From: Eledone cirrhosa
Lineage: Eukaryota
Direction: 5' to 3'
Assembly (NCBI GenBank): GCA_964016885.1
Contig: OZ024740.1
Span: forward strand, 251,038,001-251,102,000
DNA length: 64,000 nucleotides
In this document: positions 53,465-64,000 of the stretch, one piece after another
Layout: every line of letters begins with the position of its first letter
Position numbering within the stretch: position 1 is the first letter of the stretch
The notes under the pieces: generated by a model
The model's input: the letters and a program-made list of their open reading frames with translations, nothing else
Databases searched by the model: none
Told to the model about the DNA's origin: nothing
Program-made: the position numbers and the translations under genes

Positions 53465-56097
53465 AAAAAAACGATGCTATAAGCTTTTCTGGGTGGGAAA
53501 TGACAAAATGGGCTGGGTGGGGCAGGAATCATGTTAGCAGAAAAATGGGTGGATAAGATAATAGACGTAAATAGAGTGAATGACAGAATAATTAAAATAA
53601 GACTTGTTCTAAATAGAACTACTGTGACAGTAATATCTGCGTACGCACCCCAATCCGGACTACCTGGCACTATAAAAGACAGATTCTATGAGACACTGAT
53701 GCTCACTACCTCCCAAATAACCGACAGTGACTATATAATTATTGCTGGCGACCTAAATGGTCACGTTGGACAACATTGTGACGGCTATGACGGAATCCAT
53801 GGAGGCTATGGGTTTGGTATGAGAAATGAGGAAGGCTCTAGAATCCTGGAATTCTGTGACGCAAATAACCTAACTATCTGTAACACTAACTTCAAAAAAC
53901 GAGACAATCACTTGATCACCTACATATCAGGGGAACATACCAGCCAGAAGACGTGACAGAGTGTCTGTTGTAAACACTAAATCCCTCCCCCATGAAGAAT
54001 GCACCTCCCAACATAGACTAATAATTAGTGACCTCATAGTCAGGACGAGACGTACTCGACAACAGAAGAGAGCTATCCTCAAGAGAAAAATATGGAAGCT
54101 AAAGGACCCCACAACCAGTAATAAATTTAAAAGCATATTACTTGATGCTTTCGACAGTAAGGAAGAGCAATTAGAGTCGTACAATATAGAGGAACAGTGG
54201 GAATTCCTGAAAGCAAACCTACTGATGGCGGCAGACGAAGTCAGTGGCTGGAGCAGGCCTATAGGCAGGAGGAGAGTAACGTGGTGATGGAACAGTAAGG
54301 TGGAGGAGTCAATTAAGGCCAAAAAGCAGGCTTGGAAAGTATGGCGGGATGGGGGAAGTAGAGAAGACTATCAAGTGTCCAGGAGGGAAGCTAGGAGACA
54401 AGTGTACTTCGCAAGAAGGCAAGCAGAGGAAAGAAAGTTCAAGCATGTTCTACAACGCGAGGTGTTCAGGATTGCTAGGCAATGTGTCAAGGAAAACCGT
54501 GATATTGTCGGGGAGAAGTGTGTCCTTAATGATGATGGTGTACTTGCCATCACTGACACTGATAAGAAGGTAGCTTGGAAGTGTCACTACGAAAGGCTAC
54601 TAAATGAGGAGAATAAATGGGAGAATGACAGTCTCCCCCACATCGACCCAATAGAGGGACCAGCAGTGTTAGTCGAGGGTAGTATAATAAGTAAGGCAAT
54701 CAAGGATATGAAGACGGGTAAGGCGGCTGGGCCTTCGGAAATAGTTGCTGAAATGCTTAAAGCTTCTGGAACGGTATGACACACCATGGTCACCTGGATA
54801 GTAAACCAAGTCATACAGTATGGGATTGTTCCGAAGGACTGGCGTAGCAGCATTGTCTTTAACTGCTACAAGGGTAAAGGAGATGCCCTAGATAGGGGTA
54901 ACTATAGAGGCATTAAATTAATCGACCAGGTCATGAAGGTCACAGAAAAAGTAATAGCGCAACTAATCAGAGAGCGAATTGATCTAGATGAAATGCAGTT
55001 TGGGTTTGTGTCAGGTAAAAGTACCACAGACGCTCTTTTCATTGTACGCCAACTACAGGAGAAGTACCTAGCTAAAAGTAAACCCCTATACTTAGCTTTT
55101 GTCGACTTGGAGAAAGCCTTCGACAGAGTCCCCCGTTCCATTATCTGGTGGGCTCTTAGAAAACTAGGTGTTGACAAATGGCTTGTGAGAGCTATACAAG
55201 CCATGTATAAAGAAACAGTCAGCAAGGTTAGAATTAACAACGAAGAGTTTAGCGTAAAAGTTGGTGTTCATCAGGGCTCCGTTCTTAGCCCCCTACTATT
55301 TATTATTGCCCTTCAGGCTATAACAGTGGAGTTCAAGACCGGCGGCCCGTGGGAACTCCTATATGCAGATGATCTAACGCTCATAGCCGAACTAGAGAAG
55401 AAATTCCAAACATGGAAGCATGGCCTAGAATCAAAAGGCCTTAAAATTAACCTGTCTAAGACTAAAGTCCTAGTTTGTAGGAAGGAAAATAGGGCACCGG
55501 TTCCATCCGGGAAATGGCCATGCTCAGTGTGTAGGAAAGGAGTAGGTAGAAACTCCATTTTATGTCCCAAATGTAAAGTATGGGTGCATAAAAGATGTAG
55601 TGGGATCACAGGTAAGCTAACTAAGAACATAGATTTTATATGTGGTCGGTGCTCTGGTGTAATAAGTAGCAGCAAGTGCCTACAGAATACTAGCTCTTTC
55701 CATTGCACAGATGGTTCTATAGAAATAGTGGACACCTTCCGTTACCTGGGTGACAAAATCAGCAGTGGTGGAGGGTGCTCTGAAAGTACAGTAGCTAGAG
55801 ACAGAACTGGATGGAAAAAGTTCAGAGAGCTTATACCACTATTAGCTGCTAAAGGGTTCTCACTAAAAATGAAAGGCAGGTTGTATGATGCCTGCATACG
55901 AACAGCAATGTTACATGGCAGTGAGACCTGGGCATTGTGTGCAGAGGATATACGCAGACTGGAGAGGAATGAAGCTTGTATACTCCGCTGGATGTGTAAT
56001 AGTAATATACGTGAACGGCAAAGCATAAACGAACTAAGGGAAAAATTAGAAATAAGAGGGATCAGATGTTGTTTACTCGAGAGAAGACTATGTTGGT
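53465..56097 (+). mobile_element. RTE LINE copy D (both ends truncated; longest intact RT frame 54786-56117)
   Basis: Endonuclease, RT (VHQGSVLSPLLF, LYADD) and PHD insertion. Confidence 0.95.
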
Positions 56098-56568
56098 CTC
56101 TTTCTCCACTGAACTAGAGTTAAAACTACAATTATAGCATTACTAATAATGATTATAATTATTTATTTATTAAATGTATACCGTTTCATTAATACCCATA
56201 ATAATATCTCTGTATAGTTGTACAAATATGTTTATCTAGTGTAATAACATACTCATAGTTACATTTATAAATAATTTAGATACTCAAATGACTCTGGAAG
56301 TTCGAATTTATATAATGATTTTTACTTAATTTAATATAATTTAATGTAATTTAATTTATTTTAATTAAATTTAAATTTAGATTACCTTCGACTTTTTCAA
56401 ATATTTAGCTCCTCTTTCTATCACATTCGCTAAAATATTTTAGACGTATCTTTTGTCTACTTTATATTAAAACCATATTACATTTTATAATATATCTACA
56501 TTCTTAGCGAGTTTAAATGGCAAGTAAGTATGTTTTGAAACAGTGAATTTGAATGGAAAGAGATGGGT

Positions 56569-56639
56569 GATGTGTTGGTGTAATGGTAGCACAGTGGTCG
56601 CGATAACCAAAGATGTGGGTTCGACTCCTATGTACGTCA
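56569..56639 (+). pseudogene. tRNA-like cloverleaf (pseudo-tRNA or SINE head)
   Basis: A box TGGTGTAATGG, B box GGTTCGACTCC, D stem GTGT/GCAC, stem TGGT/ACCA, T stem GTGGG/CCTAT. The anticodon loop lacks U33. Confidence 0.5.
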
Positions 56640-56720
56640 ATACTCATCTTTTTCCATTTATCTGAGGGTTCTTAAACCCCATTATCAGGCTAAAATTCCT
56701 TTAGTCAAAAATATGGTGAA

Positions 56721-56793
<73 letters not shown>

Positions 56794-57204
56794 GGAACGA
56801 GTAGGACCCCAACGGCTAAGCTCAAGCCGTTTCGACGGCTAATTCTGGACTAAAATGTTTTAGTCCAGAATTAGCTATCGAAACAGCTTGAGCTCAGCCA
56901 TCGGGGTCCTACTCGTTCCTATTACCCACTCTACTACCCTAAGTATTGAGTACTTTGGTGCGTTATGGTCCACCTGGTTCCTTACCACATTTCCTTCGTT
57001 ATATATATATATATGTAGATAAATCTACCAAAATATACGGTAGTATCCAATCCGTATGAAGAACTCAATGTAATCCAAATATCATGAAAAGAGAAGATGT
57101 ATTCAAAATTTTTTCGATGAAAAACATCGGATAACAGTGTCAAGATAAATTAATAAAAATAATGAATAAAAACAAAGAAACAGTTCCTTATATTAAAAAA
57201 TTCA

Positions 57205-57326
57205 TCATTTTACGATCGTTTCTAGGATATATATGTGTGTTGGTATGTATATCATATGTAAAAATTTTACAAACTATCAGAGGGAATATACATACCTACA
57301 CATATATATGCTGTCTTCAGAAGTAA
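57205..57326 (-). ncRNA. Type I hammerhead (family 6), mirror copy
   Basis: TTACTT-CTGAAGA-long stem II-GAA-ACGATCGT-A-AAATGA, with one stem I mismatch. Confidence 0.65.
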
Positions 57327-57328
57327 TG

Positions 57329-57460
57329 TTATTTCTGAAGACAGCATATATATGTGTAGGTATGTATATTCCCTCTGATAGTTTGTAAAATTTTTACATA
57401 GGTCTATATGATATACATACCAACACACACATATATATCCTAGAAACGATCGTAAAATGA
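57329..57460 (+). ncRNA. Type I hammerhead (family 6) with ~100-nt stem II domain
   Basis: TTATTT-CTGAAGA-CAGC ATATATATGTGT...ACACATATATAT CCTA-GAA-ACGATCGT-A-AAATGA. Confidence 0.75.
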
Positions 57461-57620
57461 TGAATTTTTTAATATAAGGAACTGTTTCTTTGTTTTTATT
57501 CATTATTTTTATTAATATATATATATATATATATATATGTCTGTGTCTGTTGATTTGTCTTGCTATATTTTCTCGCTTACATATATTTATTTATGTCATA
57601 TAATATTCTTTATCTTTCAG

Positions 57621-57766
57621 CATTACCAATGTCAGAGTCACAACTCACAGAACATCAGTTTCTAGTTAATGCCAAAGTTCACTATTTGAGGTTCCTCATT
57701 CTATCTGGACATGACAGTTTTGCCTGCATACACAAAGTCTCAGTGAATGGAATCCCAATTAACTAA
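57621..57766 (+). CDS. IFT25: IFT25 exon 4 (terminal)
   Basis: Acceptor TATCTTTCAG|. LPMSESQL..HYLRFLILSGHDSFACIHKVSVNG matches recalled LVHTEGQL..TYLRFIIVSAFDHFASVHSVSAEG. The spliced CDS is 417 or 420 nt and in frame. Confidence 0.92.
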
Positions 57767-60168
57767 CACTTCAATATTCCTATAATATTACTACATATCA
57801 CCATTTCATACATCCAAAAAGTTTTACATCTGTAAATAATATAATCAAGAGTTAGCATTGATTTGTTTGAGTGTTATATAAAGAATAACTAAAAAGTTAA
57901 ATTAAATATATATTTAATTAAATATTGAAGTTATTAACAAGATTCTAATTTTCTAAATTGTCTATATGGTTAAGATTCAGTCATGGTAGTGATTAACATA
58001 TGACAAAACTCAATATTTATACCCTAATATTGAGAACATGAGAAAAATATATAATACAAACAATAGAGAGGGTGTGTGTACAAAGTGTAATACAGCTTAA
58101 AAAATATAGGAGACCCTATTAATAATTACTAATTATGAAAACTTAACAAAAAAAGTGAATTATTCTCAAACCGCCTTCATAAAGCTTTGTCTACATTCCA
58201 AGCCCCGCAAAAAGTCAGGAAAAGAGACTAAACAATCAGGCCTTAATTTTTGACGTCTCTTTTGGGCCTAAAAAGTCATAACGGTTTATAAAACTTTAAT
58301 AATGCCTTATCTTCTAATCATTTATGATAGAATTAATGTTTGAATGAAGGATCCTCTTTAGATATATAAGCATATTATTTGGTAACTTGTTTACTTGATA
58401 AATATGCACACCTTAGGATTATTTTAGATATTTATAATTTTGATTCGGATCTTTATGTATCTGTCTCTGTTTTAAATATAAAATTTGGATATTCAACTTG
58501 TAAATTTACTGATTATAATTGAACTGTAGATCATTCACACGTTTGCATATTTTATTCATTTTGAGTATGTTTTGGGGACTCAGAAAGTTAGATTTGCATT
58601 TATTTATTTTTATATATATCTAGGTATAAATATAACAAACCATAACAGTCGACAAATATTGGTCTCTTTCTCCACTGAACTAGAGTTAAAACTACAATTA
58701 TAGCATTACTAATAATGATTATAATTATTTATTTATTAAATGTATACCGTTTCATTAATACCTATAATAATATCTCTGTATAGTTGTACAAATATGTTTA
58801 TCTAGTGTAATAACATACTCATAGTTACATTTATAAATAATTTAGATACTCAAATGACTCTATATTGTTATATTCCCTGGAAGTTCGAATTTATATAATG
58901 ATTTTTACTTAATTTAATATAATTTAATGTAATTTAATTTATTTTAATTAAATTTAAATTTAGATTACCTTCGGCTTTTTCAAATATTTAGCTCTTCTTT
59001 CTATCACATTCGCTAAAATATTTTAGACGTATCTTTTGTCTACTTTATATTAAAACCATATTACATTTTATAATATATTTTTAATATTGGTCATTTTTAA
59101 GTTTCGCAAACAATTCATTATTTTTATTTTTTATTTTTATGTTTATTTTGTATCTAGCCCCTATCATTAGGACTCATGTAGTTTTGACTTATATATTTAT
59201 AGTATATATCAACTAAATAAAAATAAATGATATAAAACATTAATTTTTTAACAATATATTTTAACTATATATATTTTTTTTAACAATATTTTCAGTAACA
59301 TATTTACTATATTGTATTATTGTATTTTGTTATATTATATATATTCGAAAAGTAGCACCTTAAGTCTATAGACATTATAATCCTTATGCATTTTTGATTA
59401 ACACATATATATAATTAAAAATTCAGACTTCTTTAAGTTTAATTATAAGGCCGGTTGATCCTTTAGGCACTCAAACTGTTTAATCATAAATTCTTTAATA
59501 ATTGTAACTATAATTATTTTATAAATTATATTATATAAACTGTTGTCAATATTATAAATAATGTTGGTAAAGATTACCTTTGGGAGGGTATAAAAGCATT
59601 ATATATTTACTCTCTCGGGTTTCGTAAATCCTTTTATTTTCATAAAATTTGAATTTTAGAAATTAAACTTGATAGTATAATATAATATTGATGCAAATCC
59701 CTATTAACTTTTAAAGCCTAAAATATTACTCATTAGTCTGAAATAACTGAAATTAAATATTTTGAATATTAACGGTCATCTAAGTAAGTTTGGATATATA
59801 TTGCATATATGGAAAATTGTCTATAAACTTGAACATAAATTACTCCCCTTTGTCTCTCTCTCTCTTTAATCATCTCTCATTTGTTTTTTCGAGGCACCTA
59901 CTAACTATATTATCCCATCAGCTGTTTCTTCCTCTATGCTTTCCTTTCTTTCCTCTTTCTTCAGTAGTTTAAAAAAAAATTATTAACTGTTATATTGATG
60001 CCATGTATTTTTTAAGTTGTATTACATGCACCCTCTCTATTGTTTGTATTATATATTTTTCTCATATTCTCAATATTATGGTATAAATATTGAGTTTTGT
60101 CATATGTTAATCACTACCATGATTGAATCTTAACCATCTACTATGTCAGAGTATGTCATGCATCATCT

Positions 60169-60235
60169 TATTTTATCTGATGAGGACGTACTGTTGAACT
60201 TAAATCAGTACCTCTGAAATATGTATAATAAAATA
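60169..60235 (+). ncRNA. Type I hammerhead ribozyme (family 2)
   Basis: TATTTTAT-CTGATGA-GGAC GTACTG..CAGTAC CTCT-GAA-ATATGTAT-A-ATAAAATA, followed by (TA)n. Confidence 0.85.
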
Positions 60236-60283
60236 TACTTGATCACAAGAATATCTATTTTGTTAATATTTTGAATTAATATT

Positions 60284-60339
<56 letters not shown>

Positions 60340-60734
60340 CAAAAGAATGAGGAATAACATAGTCAGCTGTACAATATTAACAATTGTTTCTTCAGTCAGG
60401 GGAGTCTAAAAGTTGGTGATCGTAAGAACCTATATCACTCGATTTTAATTACAGACGATACCGACTGTAATTAAGGTCAAGTGACGTTATTTCTAACAAT
60501 CAGCGACTTTTAGACTCACCTGACTAAAGAAACCATATTAAACAGTCGACCATGTTATTCTTCATTCTTTTGCTATTATTACTCCAAGAACCACCTGCCT
60601 AGGAACTTTCTTAAACCGGCCACCCGACTAAGGAAACTTCTTGTCAAACAACGGCGTACGTTAAAACTATCTTCAACACAGAGTACTCATAACCTCTAGC
60701 TGGATTACCTTAAACGATACCTTGTTATTCTATA

Positions 60735-62490
60735 TCTTTTCATTGTACGACAACTACAGGAGAAGTACCTAGCTAAAAGTAAACCCCTATACTTAGCTTT
60801 TGTCGACTTGGAGAAAGCCTTCGACAGAGTCCCCCGTTCCATTATCTGGTGGGCTCTTAGAAAACTAGGTGTTGACAAATGGCTTGTGAGAGCTATACAA
60901 GCCATGTATAAAGAAACAGTCAGCAAGGTTAGAATTAACAACGAATATAGAGTTTAGCGTAAAAGTTGGTGTTCATCAGGGCTCTGTTCTTAGCCCCCTA
61001 CTATTTATTATTGCCCTTCAGGCTATAACAGAGGAGTTCAAGACCGGCTGCCCATGGGAACTCCTATACGCAGATGATCTAACGCTCATAGCTGAATCAA
61101 TGGCCGAGCTAGAGAAGAAATTCCAAACATGGAAGCACGGCCTAGAATCAAAAGGCCTTAAAATTAACCTGGCTAAGACTAAAGTTCTAGTTTGTAGGAA
61201 AGAAAATAAGGCACTGGTCCCCTCCGGGAAATGGCCATGCTCAGTGTGTAGGAAAGGCGTAGGTAGAAACTCCATTTTATGTCCCAAATGCAAAGTATGG
61301 GTGCATAAAAGATGTAGTGGGATCACAGGTAAGCTAACTAAGAACATAGATTTTACATGTGGCCAGTGCTCTGGTGCAATAAGTAGCAGCAAGTGCCCAC
61401 AAAATACTAGCTCTTTCAATTGCGCAGAGGGTTCTATAGAAATAGTAGACAGCTTCTGTTACCTGGGTGACAAAATCAGCAGTGGGGGAGGGTGCTCTGA
61501 AAGTACAGTAGCTAGAGTCAGAACTGGATGGAAAAAGTTCAGAGAGCTTATACCACTATTAGCCGCTAAAGGGTTCTCCCTAAAAATGAAAGGCAGGTTG
61601 TATGATGCCTGCATACGAACAGCAATGTTGCATGACAGTGAGACCTGGGCATTGTGTGCAGAGGATATACGCAGACTAGAGAAGAAGGAAGCTTGCATGC
61701 TCCGCTGGATGTGTAATAGTAATATACGTGAACGACAAAGCATAAACGAACTAAGGAAAAAATTAGAAATAAGAGGGATCAGATGTTGTTTACTCGAGAG
61801 AAGGCTACGTTGGTATGGTCACGTGATGCGCTTGAAAGACGACAGCTGTATAACAAAGTGCAGGGCAATAAAGATAGATGGTAGCCACGGAGTAGGCAGA
61901 CCCAGGAAAACCTAGGATGAGCTGATAAATTCCGACCTCACACACTTACACCTCTCCAAGACAATGTCACTGGACCGAGACCTTTGGTGGTACTCAGTAA
62001 CAGAGAAGACCCGCCTTACCTAAATACAAAGTAAAACCTACTAGTCAGTAGGCATCTCTAACAAAATACACCCCCGTCCCACCCCATCCACACCGCCCCC
62101 TTCAATGCAAAGTTATGTTGGTACATCCAGGCCGAAACAAATGAGATCGTGTAGGTGTCACGACAAAAAACACAGTCCACGCTGTAATGTGGCCGTGTAG
62201 GCTACATGGTAAAAACCTCCCAGTCCCACACTGTAAATGTGGTTGATGTTAGGAAGGGCATCCAGCTGTAGAAAACACGCCAGACAGTCCACGCTGTAAT
62301 GTGGCCGTGTAGGCAACACGGTAAAAACCTCCCAGCCCCACACTGTAAATGTGGTTGGTGTTAGGAAGGGCATCCAGCTGTAGAAAACCCGCCAGACAGT
62401 CCTATGCGAGCAAGACAACCACTCTTGCCTCAAGTGGGAAAACCCATGCAAGCGTGGAACAGGGACGTTAAACGATGATGATGATGATGA
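60735..62490 (+). mobile_element. RTE LINE copy E (5'-truncated)
   Basis: RT plus PHD, 3' UTR with an internal tandem duplication (~62172-62400), (GAT)n tail. Confidence 0.93.
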
Positions 62491-62897
62491 TAATAATAAA
62501 AAAAAATTTTCGCTCTACATTACTGAATACAATAAATGTAATCTGAGTTTTTCGAATATTAATAATAATATTCGATTCGTTTGCAATTATGCAAACAAGC
62601 CTCATTTTTAAAGCCATGTCAGTTGAATGAACCCTTCATTCTTGCTCTTGTGTTGGCATGTAAACAGAACTGCAGACAGACAGTCTACTGACATTCTACT
62701 GACATGGCTTTAAAAATGAGGCTTGTTTGCATAATTGCAAACAAATCGAATATTATTATTAATATTCAAAAAACTCAGATTACATTTATATATAGACAGA
62801 GAGGTAGAACACTGGAAGGTAATATCCATAGTAGTAGAGCACTCAGTGCATGGGACGAGGTTGGTAGAAGCAGTAACACAACAGTTAGTTCACCATA

Positions 62898-62938
62898 CCG
62901 AGAACAGTTGTTTCACTTTATGCGGATCTTCAGCTCGG
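62898..62938 (-). ncRNA. Minimal type I hammerhead (family 7)
   Basis: CCGAG-CTGAAGA-TCCGCATAAAGT-GAA-ACAACTGT-T-CTCGG. Stem II is weak. Confidence 0.65.
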
Positions 62939-63357
62939 ACTGGTAATGGTTATACGGAACAGGAAAAATGCTCAGAAACGCTCACTTCACCCAAGCGATA
63001 CAAAACCACGGGCGAAAGGTGTAAGGGAGATAACTGCAAATGTCCGCAATAAAATATTTGATTTGATTAGAAAATTAGAATGTTGTTGTTATTCAATCTG
63101 GAGCTTTGTAGTTATGCAAGAGGTGTTTTCAGATATGAGATTTCATTTCTTGAATTTAGGCAATTGCTATTGCGTAATCTCCTTAAAATATTTATCCTTT
63201 CTTCAAATAAAGACGGATTACCCCTCGCGTATGGCTTGGACTTAGTGATAGCCTTCCAGAGAAGGGAGGAGAGAACCAGATAGTTTGTTTATTGTTACGA
63301 TTTCTTTTCTTATTGCTGTTAGTGGGGGAGTAAGTAATTGGTTGTGAGATGCTGCTG

Positions 63358-64000
63358 TTAGGTTTTTCGAAAAATAGAATATTTTAGGTTTTTGATCAAA
63401 AAAATCAATTTTTAAATATTTCGAAAAGTAGAAAAAAATTGATTATTTTAGGTTTTTCGAAAAATAGAATATTTTAGGTTTTTGATCAAAAAAATCAATT
63501 TTTGAAATATTTCGAAAAGTAGAAAAAAATTGATTATTTTAGGTTTTTTGAAAGATTTCGAAAAGTAGAAAAAAATTGATTATTTTAGGTTTTTCGTATT
63601 ATTTCGAAAAGTAGAAAAAAATCTATTATTTTAGGTTTTTCGAAAAATAGAATATTTTAGGTTTTTGATCAAAAAAATCAATTTTTAAAATATTTCGAAA
63701 AGTAGAAAAAAATTGATTATTTTAGATTTTTCGAAAAATAGAATATTTTAGGTTTTTGATCAAAAAAATCAATTTTTGAAATATTTCGAAAAGTAGAAAA
63801 AAATTGATTATTTTAGGTTTTTCGAAAAATAGAATATTTTAGGTTTTTGATCAAAAAAATCAATTTTTGAAATATTTCGAAAAGTAGAAAAAAATTGATT
63901 ATTTTAGGTTTTTCGAAAAATAGAATATTTTAGGTTTTTGATCAATTTTTGAAATATTTCGAAAAGTAGAAAAAAATTGATTATTTTAGGTTTTTCGAAA
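63358..64000. repeat. Tandem satellite, 90-91-bp unit, runs off the window
   Basis: GGTTTTTCGA recurs at 63361 and 63451, and at 63816 and 63907. A/T-tract-rich sub-repeats. Confidence 0.95.

Larger units (their letters stand above)
57149..57516. repeat. 368-bp near-perfect palindrome carrying mirror-image hammerheads
   Basis: Arms are reverse complements around ~57327 with two small indels. Confidence 0.93.

Noticed and set aside
56569-56639. Functional tRNA gene
   Set aside because: The acceptor stem has three G.U pairs and the anticodon loop lacks U33 and a purine at 37, so it is kept only as tRNA-like.
63358-64000. CRISPR array or telomere
   Set aside because: No unique spacers and no cas genes; the context is eukaryotic. 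TTAGG occurs only as an isolated sub-motif, not as tandem telomeric repeats.

Overview
AT-rich, repeat-dominated animal genomic DNA. The tRNA-derived SINE, (GAT)n-tailed RTE LINEs and (TA)n-embedded Penelope-like elements resemble those of octopod cephalopods (inference, not verified). There are two spliced host genes arranged head-to-head: an LRRC42 orthologue on the minus strand (coding exons 3695-4089 and 1772-1890, continuing off the left edge) and a complete four-exon IFT25/HSPB11 orthologue on the plus strand (14240-57766). Nearly everything else is transposon-derived: a CsRn1-type Gypsy provirus with both LTRs, a Buster/SPIN-type hAT, two CRE-clade retrotransposons, five copies of an RTE family with a PHD finger inserted in the RT, several Penelope-like elements (PLEs), SINEs, many foldback inverted repeats and a terminal ~91-bp satellite. 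The most striking unannotated signal is a dense set of type I hammerhead ribozyme folds: 13 with a canonical or near-canonical core, 1 decayed and 3 with a variant core, from about 9 sequence families. Most lie in the 32.6-kb last intron of IFT25, including a mirror-image ribozyme pair in a 368-bp palindrome just upstream of the last exon. All folds and alignments were done by eye; none was computed or tested.
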